Origin: Candidatus Latescibacterota bacterium
GTDB taxonomy: Bacteria > Latescibacterota > UBA2968 > UBA8231
NCBI GenBank assembly: GCA_965223905.1
Contig: CBDCXV010000006.1
Coordinates: forward strand, 1 to 34,581
Direction of reading: 5' to 3'
Length of the DNA stretch: 34,581 nt
Shown: positions 8,592 to 17,865 of the stretch, piece by piece
Numbering within the stretch: the stretch's first letter is position 1
Layout: each line of letters opens with the position of its first letter
Notes under the pieces: model-generated
Database searches by the model: none
The model's input: only the letters and a program-made list of their open reading frames with translations
What the model was told of the DNA's origin: nothing
Made by a program: the position numbers and the translations under genes

Positions 8592-9009
8592 GGATTTTTC
8601 AGTCATGTGACAATCCAGTAAAATATCCCGTCGGAAGGGCCGCCCTCGCGGCTGCCGGCTCGCAAGGGGCGTCCGAGTAAAGTCGGGGTATGGGGAAGGA
8701 AGTAATGTCCCCAGAATCCGCCTCCTGAATGCCCCGGGGTCTTAACCGACGAAGATCGCCCCGTCCGGCCAGTCGTCGTCGAGCATACAATCTGCCAGGC
8801 CCGAGAGACCGGTGTATTGCGGATGAGGTTACTAAAATTACGCTTGCTGAATTATGTATATATCACGGGGAGCACCCTAAAGTTGACATCACACCCCTCT
8901 GTATCAGGCGGAAAATTGTCAACTATTGACCGCTCCTGGTAATAAGTCCCGATGCCCTCCTTGGGGAACGATCAGACCTCGGCGCACTTGTGGCCTGGTG
9001 ACACGGCCG

Positions 9010-9864
9010 TCAAAAACGGCTCGGTTCGCTCATTTCCCGGCGTGCTTTGGCGACCAGGCCGGGCAGGTGGTCGGCATGGGCAAGGCGCTGTTCGAGGTGG
9101 CGCATGCGGGCGGCGTCCGCGGTCTCCACCATGAGGGGGGCGTACACCCGCTCGTACCAGAAACCGGCCAGGCTGGCTATGCACTCTCGCAGCAGGCCTT
9201 CGTCTTCCTCGCGGAAACGCTGCTGCAGGTTTATGGTGAACATGCGCCGGCGAGTGCCGCCGCCGAACGAAGCGTGTTTTATGCGGTGGTTGAAAACCAC
9301 CAGATCGCCCGGTTGCATTTCCAGGGCCACGCACGGGACGTCCGTTCCGGGAATGCCCCAATTCTCCTCGCTGTTGTTCGAGCCCGAGGTAGGGATCGTT
9401 TCATGAACCCCGTCGGCATAGGCTTCGCCGATCCTGTGACTCCCCGGCACAACCCGGAGGCAGCCGCTCAGGCGCCTCACTTCATCGAGATAGAAAGCCA
9501 GTTTGATCGAGCGGTAGCCCGGAGCCCGCCGGTAGCCGTCCGAATGCCAGGCCGTGTCGCCGGCGAAATAGTTGCCGTCACTGGACATGTAGTTGAAATC
9601 TGCGCCCAGGAGTGTGGTCCCGATGCTTTCTACGCGTTCGTCGTCGAGCAGCGCGCACAGATACGGATGCCGGTCAATAAAGGGCAGCAGGGCCGAATTC
9701 CGCTTGTCGTCGTGCGGGCGCTGGTTGTGGCCGCCCCCGTGCTCCGACCACACCGCCTCGAAGGCTTGGGTAATGGCTTCGGCTTCGCTGGCAAAGAGGC
9801 GGGGAAAGTACAAATAGCCGAACAGATCGAAGAAGCGGGCTTTCTGGCTCGTCATCGCGGACAT
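9010..9864 (-). CDS. phytanoyl-CoA dioxygenase (PhyH) family Fe/2OG oxygenase, 284 aa
   Basis: FDLFGYL, WHSDG (HxD), GCLRVVPGSH, PGDLVVFNHRIKHAS, RR; ATG at 9864 with GGAGGA RBS. Confidence 0.9.
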   Translation of the reverse strand: MSAMTSQKARFFDLFGYLYFPRLFASEAEAITQAFEAVWSEHGGGHNQRPHDDKRNSALLPFIDRHPYLCALLDDERVESIGTTLLGADFNYMSSDGNYFAGDTAWHSDGYRRAPGYRSIKLAFYLDEVRRLSGCLRVVPGSHRIGEAYADGVHETIPTSGSNNSEENWGIPGTDVPCVALEMQPGDLVVFNHRIKHASFGGGTRRRMFTINLQQRFREEDEGLLRECIASLAGFWYERVYAPLMVETADAARMRHLEQRLAHADHLPGLVAKARREMSEPSRF

Positions 9865-10058
9865 GAGAAGTCCTCCAATTCGGTCATCTCCTTCTCCTGG
9901 ATCGGTCAACGTCGGTTGTTGATACACAACCGAAGCAGGCCTCGCAAGCATCGCACGCCCTGGCGGTCCTGGCCATGCGGACAGCAAGGGTCCACCTTTA
10001 CCCCGCTCGGGGAAGTTGAAACCCGGAGAAACGTCATATCGGGGAACGGAAACAGAAA

Positions 10059-11672
10059 ATGAACGCAGACGAAGATTATGGATTCGACGTGGCGGGTTTT
10101 CTCCATGTGCCGCAGGTGCTCTCGGCCGCAGAGGTAGCAGCCTGCAACGAGGCGATAGACGCTGCCGGGCGGGAGGAGGACATGCTCGAGTGGCCGGCGC
10201 CGCATGGGGACCCTTTTCAAGCGCTGCGGGAACACCCGGTTCTGAGCGGCTATGTCGAGTCGCTTTGCGGCGCTGGCTTCGCGATCGACAAGCCGCCGGC
10301 ATTGCTCGGCGACGGCAGCGTCGCGGGCCCGGTCCCCCTTTCGGCAGGGGCTCACGAGCGCTGCCGCCGCCTGCGCTATGCCAACTACTCCGATACGCGG
10401 GTCAGCAAGGGAGTCAGGGTATTCCTGGCGCTGGCACCCACGCCGGAATCCGGGGGCGTCGTCCTGGTTCCGGCCAGCCACAATAGATTCCAGGAACCGC
10501 CGCCCGACTTCCTCTCCGGGGCAAAGGATCTCGGGATGACCGAGGAGCCCGTGCTCGAAGCCGGAGATCTGCTCATCTGTGCGGCGACGCTGCTTTGCGG
10601 GGTTCGCGGCCTGCCCGGACGCGTCCTCGAGATGGAGTTCATCAGCCCGGGGGTCAGGCCTGCAGCGGGGTATGCCGAGATCGAAGCTCCGGAATGGACC
10701 GCCGGGTTGACGGCGGCGCAGATGGCCGTCGTCGGCAACAGGACGACGGGGCGCGGCGGCACGGTCGTCTCCGACGGCGAGCGCGCCTGGGTGGAGACGG
10801 TCGAGGAGCCGCCGCCGTCCGTGACCATCAACCTGGACGGACACAGCAAGCCGGATCCCGAGGAACTGTGGTTCTGGGACGTCCGCGGCTACCTCGTGGT
10901 TCGAGGGGTGATGGACGAGGAGTGGCTCGCCGCGGCGAACCGCGCCATCGATGCGGCGATGGCAATGCAGGACCGCCTGCCGGAGGGTCATCCGTCGCGC
11001 ATCGAGGAGGTCCCTGAACAGGCCCTGCGCGAAAACGACTGGAAGTGGCCGGAGGACACTTCTCCGAGGCTCTACGGCGAAATCAACCGGCCGCGAATCG
11101 GCGGACTCTACCAGCTGCCGGAGCCGCATTGCCAGCCGTTTCGCCGCATGATCGGGCACCCTGCCGTCGTCAAACGGCTGAACTGGATGCTCGGATACGG
11201 TTTCCGGGAATCGACGGAACCGATGTGCTGCGTCTACCCGAAAAGGACCTGCGGCGGTTCGCTGCACGGCCAGAACCCGGGGGGCTACACCGAATACAAC
11301 GGACGCCAGCTCGTGGAGCAGACCAATGTGGCGTGGGCCCTGCAGGACGAGTCGCCCGGGTTCGGCGAGGACAGCGGAGGGTTCCTCTGCGTACCGGGAA
11401 GTCACAAGGCGAACTACCCGATCCCGAGGAATCTGACCACCAGTATCGATCTGCCCCAGGTCTGCAAGCCGCCCCTGAAGGCCGGCGACGTCCTCTTTTT
11501 CGGCGGTGTCGCCCACGGCACGACGGCGTGGCGCAGCGACTGGATGCGGCGGACGACCATCCAGTTCATGGGTTCGGGCAACGTGGCCCTACCACCGGGG
11601 AAGAAGGGGGCCGGCTGGCGCTGGAGCTCCGACCCGAACAACCCGGCCAAGCCGGTGCCGGACACGGGGTGA
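10059..11672 (+). CDS. tandem two-domain PhyH-family protein, 537 aa
   Basis: Two PhyH-like modules: FDVAGFLHV...GGVVLVPASH...LEAGDLL and WDVRGYLVV...GGFLCVPGSHK...LKAGDVLFF..AHGT. Confidence 0.85.
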   Translation: MNADEDYGFDVAGFLHVPQVLSAAEVAACNEAIDAAGREEDMLEWPAPHGDPFQALREHPVLSGYVESLCGAGFAIDKPPALLGDGSVAGPVPLSAGAHERCRRLRYANYSDTRVSKGVRVFLALAPTPESGGVVLVPASHNRFQEPPPDFLSGAKDLGMTEEPVLEAGDLLICAATLLCGVRGLPGRVLEMEFISPGVRPAAGYAEIEAPEWTAGLTAAQMAVVGNRTTGRGGTVVSDGERAWVETVEEPPPSVTINLDGHSKPDPEELWFWDVRGYLVVRGVMDEEWLAAANRAIDAAMAMQDRLPEGHPSRIEEVPEQALRENDWKWPEDTSPRLYGEINRPRIGGLYQLPEPHCQPFRRMIGHPAVVKRLNWMLGYGFRESTEPMCCVYPKRTCGGSLHGQNPGGYTEYNGRQLVEQTNVAWALQDESPGFGEDSGGFLCVPGSHKANYPIPRNLTTSIDLPQVCKPPLKAGDVLFFGGVAHGTTAWRSDWMRRTTIQFMGSGNVALPPGKKGAGWRWSSDPNNPAKPVPDTG

Positions 11673-11680
11673 CCTCCTCC

Positions 11681-12541
11681 ATGACGGGTGAACGCCTCCT
11701 CTATGAGATGCACATGCACACGCCGCTGTGCCGGCACGCCCGCGGGGAGCCGGAAGAGTACGCCGAGGTAGCGCAGCGGCGCGGGCTGCGGGGAATCGTC
11801 GTCACCTGCCACAACCCGACAAACGATGGCTGGTCGCGGGACGCGCGCATGAGCGTCGCTGAATTCGACCGCTACGTAGACCTGGTCGAACGGGCGCGGA
11901 CGGCGTGGGCGGGACGGGTGGATGTCCGCCTCGGCATGGAAAGCGACTATGTCCCCGGAATGGAACCGTGGCTGGAGGAGCTGCACGGCAAAGCGGATTT
12001 CCATCACGTCCTCGGTTCCGTTCACCCCCACCTGAGGGAATACAAGGAGCGCTACCATACCGGCGACTTCCAAGCGTTTCAGCGAACCTACTTCGAACAT
12101 CTGGCGATGGCGGCGGAGACCGGGCTCTTCGACACCATCGCCCATCCCGACCTGGTCAAGATCACGGCCCCGGCGGAATGGAGTTTCGAGCGCGCCGCCG
12201 ATGCCGTTCGCCCCAACCTCGACCGCGTTGCCGCTGCCGGCACGGCGATGGAGTTGAACACCTCCGGACTCAACAAGAACCCGTCCGAAATGAACCCCGG
12301 CCGTGAAATGCTCGGCGAGATGCACGAACGCGGCATTCCGGTCGTAGTAGGTGCCGACGCCCACGACCCGCACAGGGTGTCGGCAAACTTCGAGGACGCC
12401 CTCGACGTGCTGAGCGAAGTCGGGTACACGAGTGTCAACATCTTCCTCGACCGTCAGCGCCGGGAGATCCCCATCGACCGGGCCCAGGCAAGCCTGGTGG
12501 GGAATGCGCAGACAACTGCGGACGCCCCACTGACTGCATGA
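11681..12541 (+). CDS. PHP-domain histidinol-phosphatase (HisJ-like), 286 aa
   Basis: HMHTPLCRHA, TCHNP, GMESDY, GSVH, IAHPDLVK, ELNTSG and GADAH motifs. Confidence 0.88.
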   Translation: MTGERLLYEMHMHTPLCRHARGEPEEYAEVAQRRGLRGIVVTCHNPTNDGWSRDARMSVAEFDRYVDLVERARTAWAGRVDVRLGMESDYVPGMEPWLEELHGKADFHHVLGSVHPHLREYKERYHTGDFQAFQRTYFEHLAMAAETGLFDTIAHPDLVKITAPAEWSFERAADAVRPNLDRVAAAGTAMELNTSGLNKNPSEMNPGREMLGEMHERGIPVVVGADAHDPHRVSANFEDALDVLSEVGYTSVNIFLDRQRREIPIDRAQASLVGNAQTTADAPLTA

Positions 12542-13140
12542 TCAGAACCGTCATCTGCGATCTGGGGGGAGTGTATTTCACCGACGGCTCGGCGCTGGCG
12601 ATCGAACGCATAAGCGCGACATACGGTATCCCGCCGGACCGTGTCGGGGACGTGCTGATGGGGGATCTCGGCTCCCGCTACCGCCTCGGCAAGATAACGG
12701 CAACCGACTTCTGGGACGGAGCGAAAAAGGCCTGGGGTCTCGCGGCCCCTGCCGGCGAGATCGAGAGAATCTGGCTGCATGCCTACGAACCGATCGCGGC
12801 AACGGTCGCGCTCGTCGATCGCCTTCGCGCCGCCGGATACGGAACCCTCTTCCTTTCGGACAACGTCCGGGAGAGGATCGACTACCTCGAAGAGACCTAC
12901 GGTTTTCTGCACCGGTTCGACGGCGGCGTTCTCTCTCATCTCGCCGGGTTGCGCAAGCCGGATCCGGGGATCTACGCGCTCGCCCTGGAAAAAGCCGGTT
13001 GTGCCGCGGCGCAGTGCGTCTTCGTCGACGACAAGCCGGCGATGCTGGAGCCGGCGAAGAGGATGGGCATGAGCACGGTCGCCTTCGAAAATCCCGGCCA
13101 GTTGGAGCGGGACCTGCTCAGTCTCGGTCTCGCTTTCTAG
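12538..13140 (+). CDS. HAD-superfamily phosphatase (IA, YihX-like)
   Basis: DLGGV, LSDN, RKPDP and FVDD motifs; ATGA overlap with the upstream gene. Confidence 0.9.
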   Translation: MIRTVICDLGGVYFTDGSALAIERISATYGIPPDRVGDVLMGDLGSRYRLGKITATDFWDGAKKAWGLAAPAGEIERIWLHAYEPIAATVALVDRLRAAGYGTLFLSDNVRERIDYLEETYGFLHRFDGGVLSHLAGLRKPDPGIYALALEKAGCAAAQCVFVDDKPAMLEPAKRMGMSTVAFENPGQLERDLLSLGLAF

Positions 13141-13161
13141 CTTCATCTTTCAGGGGAAAGC

Positions 13162-14874
13162 ATGGGCATTTACTTCGATCTTGGCCGTCCCGTCGTCGGG
13201 GGCTGGTTTCAGGGCGGCTGGGTGCTGCACGACCCGGTGCGGGATCGCGACCTGCTGTGGGGGTCGGAACTGGGGCAGGAAGGGGCGGTGCTGTTCGCCA
13301 TCGACGTCGACAGCGGCAAGGTGGTGGAGGAGCATCGCATCGGCTGCCGCGAATTCAACGCGACCCCCGACCCGGAGACCGGCCTGTTGTGGGTGGCGAC
13401 CAACCACGGCCTCTTCCAACCGGGCCACCTGCTGCTGTTGTGGAGTCCGCACACGCGCCAGCTCACTTCGCACGGCTTTCCCCCCATCAGCGGCCAGCGC
13501 TTCGCCGGCCCCCCCTTCCTTGCCGGCGACGGCCGCATCTATATCGGCTCCCATCCGCACGGGCATGTTAGCAGCTTCGACCCGGGCGAGGGCACCTGGT
13601 GCGACTACGGTTGCCTGGCGCCGGAGCCGATCGTCCCGGGACAGCATATCTGGTGTTATCCGCAAGCGGAAACCGAAGCGGGCGAAATCGTCTGCGCTAT
13701 CACCCGCGATCCGGCCGCGGTGGTCGCCCTCGATCCGCGCACGGGAAGGACGAGAATCCTCGACGAGGCGCCGCCGGCCCCCGCCCGAGCGAAGCCGGCC
13801 CGGGACATTCAACCCCGTTTCCGGCTGGCCGCCGATTACGCCGTCGACGGCGAGGAGCGGCAGAGCGACTACAAGCCGCGCGTGGCGAGCGACATCTGCG
13901 GGCTCAATCCAGGGCCGGACGGCAGGATCTACGGCAGTACGATCATCTCCATGCACATGTTCCGCTTCGACCCGGAAACCCGCCGGCTCGAGGACCTGGG
14001 CCGCGCCGGCTGGAGCAGCGGCGAGATCTACGACGTCATCGGTTACGGCGACAAGGTGTACCTGGGCAGCTACGGCGGCGGCTACTGGGGGGTGTACGAC
14101 CCCGGCAAGCCCTGGGATGCCCAGCGCGAAAACGAGGGCATGTCGCCGACCGCCAACCCGCGAAACTTCGGCCAACTCGGCAAGGACATGAACCGCCCCT
14201 TCGAGTACGCCGTCGGAGCGGATGACCGCATCTACATCGCCTGCCGCGCCAACTACCGCATTCCCGGCGGCGGCCTGGCCCGTTTCGATCCGGCCTCCGA
14301 AGAGATCGAGGTCTTCCGCGACGAGGAGCAGAGCGTGCAGAGCGTCACCGCGGACAGCCGCTTCGTTTACGGGGGCACGAGCATTTCGGGGGGCAGGGGT
14401 TGTATCGAGACGACTACGGAGGGGAAGCTCTTCCTCTTCGACGTGGAAACCGAACGCCGCCTGTTCGAGTGCATTCCCGTGGCAGATGCCGACGCCGTCA
14501 CGTCGCTGGCGGTCAGCTGCACCAGCGGCCTCGTCTACGGCAGCGTCAGCTCAGGTCGGCTGTTCGCCTTCGATGTCGACGAGCGCCAGGTGGTGGATCG
14601 CTGGGAGATGCGTTCCAGGGGAACGCCGCTGATGGGCGTGCCCGAGACCTACGGGATCATCCATCTGACCTGCGGCCACGACGGCGACATCTACGGTGTG
14701 ACCCGGAAAGACGTCTTCAAGCTCGATGTCAGCACGCACCGCATCCACTACCTCGACCAGCCGCCCATCCCCGACCTCTACCAGATCGTCGAGGGCAAAC
14801 CCGGGGTGTTCTACATCGGCGCCCGCGGCCACCTGCTCGAATACCACCTCAAGGACCCAGGGCACTACCGGTAG
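13162..14874 (+). CDS. beta-propeller repeat protein, 570 aa
   Basis: Repeated GxDGRIY(I/G), FRFDP and LFxFD blades; no signal peptide evident. Confidence 0.7.
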   Translation: MGIYFDLGRPVVGGWFQGGWVLHDPVRDRDLLWGSELGQEGAVLFAIDVDSGKVVEEHRIGCREFNATPDPETGLLWVATNHGLFQPGHLLLLWSPHTRQLTSHGFPPISGQRFAGPPFLAGDGRIYIGSHPHGHVSSFDPGEGTWCDYGCLAPEPIVPGQHIWCYPQAETEAGEIVCAITRDPAAVVALDPRTGRTRILDEAPPAPARAKPARDIQPRFRLAADYAVDGEERQSDYKPRVASDICGLNPGPDGRIYGSTIISMHMFRFDPETRRLEDLGRAGWSSGEIYDVIGYGDKVYLGSYGGGYWGVYDPGKPWDAQRENEGMSPTANPRNFGQLGKDMNRPFEYAVGADDRIYIACRANYRIPGGGLARFDPASEEIEVFRDEEQSVQSVTADSRFVYGGTSISGGRGCIETTTEGKLFLFDVETERRLFECIPVADADAVTSLAVSCTSGLVYGSVSSGRLFAFDVDERQVVDRWEMRSRGTPLMGVPETYGIIHLTCGHDGDIYGVTRKDVFKLDVSTHRIHYLDQPPIPDLYQIVEGKPGVFYIGARGHLLEYHLKDPGHYR

Positions 14875-15003
14875 GGTGCCGACCGCCAGCGCCGGCCGCA
14901 GCCCGGAGGGCAGTTACATCGGGCGCCAGGTTATCCGCGGGACGCGGCACTGGTGCGCGCGCAATTCCGCGTGAATTCGACCGCTTACGTACGCGCGCAG
15001 GCA

Positions 15004-16881
15004 CTACACTGCCGGTGTGCAGCCGACCTTCAGCCGCGCCGTGCGACCCGGCCGCCCGAAGGCGTTGACCCCTCGCACCTCCAGTTCGTTCTCGCCAGTG
15101 TGCAGCATCCAGGTCAGCGGCCCCTCGGCAGCCTCCTCCCACTCGCCATCGCCGCCTCCGTCTATACGGACCTGAAAGTGCGCGAAGTTCGGCGTCGCCG
15201 TCTCCACGTCGATTTCCAGGACACCGGCTTCCTCCCCCGCCCGCGGGTACAGGCGCGTCTGGTTGACCGACCAGTTGAAATCGGCCGGCCGCGACGTCTG
15301 CAGCGAGTACTCGGGGTATTTCGGATCGATGTCGACCGACCACCACAGGTAGCCGTCCCAGTGGTACTGGCTGTAGCCATGGTACAGCTCGGCCGGTTCG
15401 GCCTGCACGAGATGGTTGTTTCGCAGAGGAATCCCGAAGCGGGCGAAGAGGCTGCCCCAGGATCCGGTCATTCTCGCCTTCGTCTTCTGCGGCAGCTTGC
15501 TGATTCTCAAGTGATGCGCTTTGCCGGCCTCGTGGAAACGGTGGAACTCGAGGGCGCCGACAGGCACGCCGCGGCTCTCGTACTGGGCGTTGTGCTCGCG
15601 GACGGGCCCGGCATCCTGGAGGATCCACTTCTGCAGTTCGTCGGACCAGACCTCGGCCATGCAGTGATGATCGACGATGAGGACGCGGGCGACGTATCCC
15701 AGCGCCGAAGCGCAACCGGCGAAGACCGCGCCGTAGTGCGTGCACATGCCGAAACCCCAATTTCCCTTGGTCGTCTCGAGGATTTCGAGCGGATCCCACG
15801 TCGGACAGAAGGGATACTTTTCCGCCTGCCAGCCCAGCCACTGGCTGTGAACCCAGTCGCGCAGCAGGGCGAACTTCTCCAGGTCCGTTTTCCCGGCTGC
15901 GACCACCTCTTTCAACCGGTACTGCTTGACCAGGCGATCGACGCGGAAGTGAGGCGTGAGGTAGTCGAAGTCGTACGAGCTGTAGGCGATGTCGGGCTGA
16001 TCGGCATCGAGCAGCTCGACTCCGTCAAGCGAGCCCGGAGCTGCGGCAGAGTCGATGGTCAGCGCAACGCTCTTCAGGACTGGAGTCGCGGACGCCGAAT
16101 CCGAGCTCAGAACTGCGCGCCATTGGGCAAAACGACCCGGGCTTTCGATTGCCGCCCCTGCCTCCCACGGACTCCAGTGCCGTGCCGAAAAGGCAGGGGT
16201 CGAACCGGACCGCATCTCGAAGTCGATCAGCGTCCCCCGGGGCGCTGCCTTTTCGTGGCTCAAGCGCAGGCGGCGGACAGCGACCCGCGGCGCAATGCCG
16301 TTGCCCTCCGGGTCGGCCAGGTCGAAGACCGGCGACACCAGTTCGCCGCGCGGGGCGAACCCCTTCAGGCGCAGGCGCACCAGGTATTCCCCCCGTGTCC
16401 GTCCATCGGGACCAAGGGCATTCCTGTGCCAGGTCCGGCCGCCGTCGAAGCTGCGGCTGCTGCGGCCTCCCGACCCCGGGTCGACGAAGAGGGTCCCGTT
16501 CATGAATACGATCTCGTTGAGACCCTTCTCGAGATGGCGGGCGGCGATGCGCGTCCGGTCCCATCCACCGGTCATCATGCGTTCGGCCTTTTGGTGATGG
16601 TCGATGCGATGGCCGTTGACCATCAGCCGCAGCGGCATGTCCCCGGTGCCGGCACCCTTGACGTAGAAAAGCAGCTCCGCGCTCTTGACCTGGGCCGAGG
16701 GGATATCGAATTCGACACGGGCCCGGTCGTCCCGGCCCAGCTCATCGCCGAGCTCGCCACTGACCCCCTGCTCATTGGTCAGCATCAGGGTGGGAGCCAA
16801 CCTGGCGCTGGTCCGGGCATCGACGAAACGGTCGCGGCGGTAGTCGCGGAAATCACTCTGGACGATTCGAGTGTTGGCCAT
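15004..16881 (-). CDS. transglutaminase-like domain protein
   Basis: GMCTHYG...HHCMAEVWSDELQKWILQD gives a Cys-His-Asp triad; Asp-box-like SFDGGRTW in the N-terminal half; ATG 16881 with AAGGA upstream. Confidence 0.8.
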   Translation of the reverse strand: MANTRIVQSDFRDYRRDRFVDARTSARLAPTLMLTNEQGVSGELGDELGRDDRARVEFDIPSAQVKSAELLFYVKGAGTGDMPLRLMVNGHRIDHHQKAERMMTGGWDRTRIAARHLEKGLNEIVFMNGTLFVDPGSGGRSSRSFDGGRTWHRNALGPDGRTRGEYLVRLRLKGFAPRGELVSPVFDLADPEGNGIAPRVAVRRLRLSHEKAAPRGTLIDFEMRSGSTPAFSARHWSPWEAGAAIESPGRFAQWRAVLSSDSASATPVLKSVALTIDSAAAPGSLDGVELLDADQPDIAYSSYDFDYLTPHFRVDRLVKQYRLKEVVAAGKTDLEKFALLRDWVHSQWLGWQAEKYPFCPTWDPLEILETTKGNWGFGMCTHYGAVFAGCASALGYVARVLIVDHHCMAEVWSDELQKWILQDAGPVREHNAQYESRGVPVGALEFHRFHEAGKAHHLRISKLPQKTKARMTGSWGSLFARFGIPLRNNHLVQAEPAELYHGYSQYHWDGYLWWSVDIDPKYPEYSLQTSRPADFNWSVNQTRLYPRAGEEAGVLEIDVETATPNFAHFQVRIDGGGDGEWEEAAEGPLTWMLHTGENELEVRGVNAFGRPGRTARLKVGCTPAV

Positions 16882-16988
16882 GGCATCCTTTCCGGTGATT
16901 TCGGTTGCTGCGTCCGGTCTCACAAGACCGGCCGGGGATACTTCATCCGTCCTGATTTCGAACCTCGAGCAAACAAGAGGAGAGCCTG

Positions 16989-17732
16989 ATGAAACTTGGT
17001 GAGATGAACTGGCCCGACATCCGCGACATGGACAAGGAACGCGTCGTCGCCGTCTACCCGATCGCTTCCTTCGAGCAACACGGGCATCACCTGCCGCTGC
17101 TCACCGATACGATTCAGCTCGAGGCGATGGTGGAGCGCATGAACGACAGGGCCGGAAATCGCATCGTTACCCTGCCGACGCAGTGGCTCGGCTACTCTTT
17201 TCACCACATGCGATTCGGCGGCAGCCTGACGGCGCGCTCGCAGACTCACATCCGGATGCTCGTCGAGACGGTGGATGGATTGATCCAAGCCGGTTTCGAC
17301 AAGGTGCTGATTGTCAACGGTCACGGGGGCAACGGCGCGGACATGAAGGTAGCCCTCCAGGACCTCAAGGAGTCCCACGCCGACGCACGCGTCTACGGCG
17401 CCTCCTGGTGGGGAGTATCGGCGCCGCAGTTGGACGCCCTGCGCGAAGCGGGACCCAGCGGATCGGGCCACGCCGGCGAAACCGAAACATCGATGATGCT
17501 GGCCCTGCGCCCGGACCTGGTGCGCACCGACCGGCTCCACCGGGACGGAGGCAAGCCCCCTTCTGCCTACACGGGCAGCGTCGACCGGTTTCGCAGAATC
17601 GACGAGCACAGCAGCCGCGGAAACGTCGGCGATCCCTCCTACGGGACGGCGGAAAAGGGGGAGCAGATGCTCGCTGCCGTGGTCGCCTGTCTGGTCGAAA
17701 TCGTCGACGACATTCTGAATGAAACACTATGA
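16989..17732 (+). CDS. creatininase / creatinine amidohydrolase family protein
   Basis: EQHGHHLPLLTD, GYSFHH, NGHGGN and GHAGETETS motifs; GAGGAG RBS. Confidence 0.92.
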   Translation: MKLGEMNWPDIRDMDKERVVAVYPIASFEQHGHHLPLLTDTIQLEAMVERMNDRAGNRIVTLPTQWLGYSFHHMRFGGSLTARSQTHIRMLVETVDGLIQAGFDKVLIVNGHGGNGADMKVALQDLKESHADARVYGASWWGVSAPQLDALREAGPSGSGHAGETETSMMLALRPDLVRTDRLHRDGGKPPSAYTGSVDRFRRIDEHSSRGNVGDPSYGTAEKGEQMLAAVVACLVEIVDDILNETL

Positions 17733-17826
17733 GGCGGTGGCCTTCGTCCGTGCGCCACTGCTGCATCGGCCGGGCCCCGCTCGAACGCTCGCGCTCCGGG
17801 CGGCATCGAGCCTGAGCCGGCACCAC

Positions 17827-17865
17827 GCTGCCGGCGACGCCCGGCAGCAACCCGCCGGAGCGGGT
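17827..17865. terminator. twin hairpins between convergent genes
   Basis: GCTGCCGG-CGACGC-CCGGCAGC followed by ACCCGC-CGGA-GCGGGT. Confidence 0.4.

Noticed and set aside
9865-10302. N-terminal extension of the 9010 ORF (and similar extensions on the 11045, 20669, 25682 and 28790 ORFs)
   Set aside because: They overlap other genes, the tRNA or intergenic DNA; better internal starts exist.
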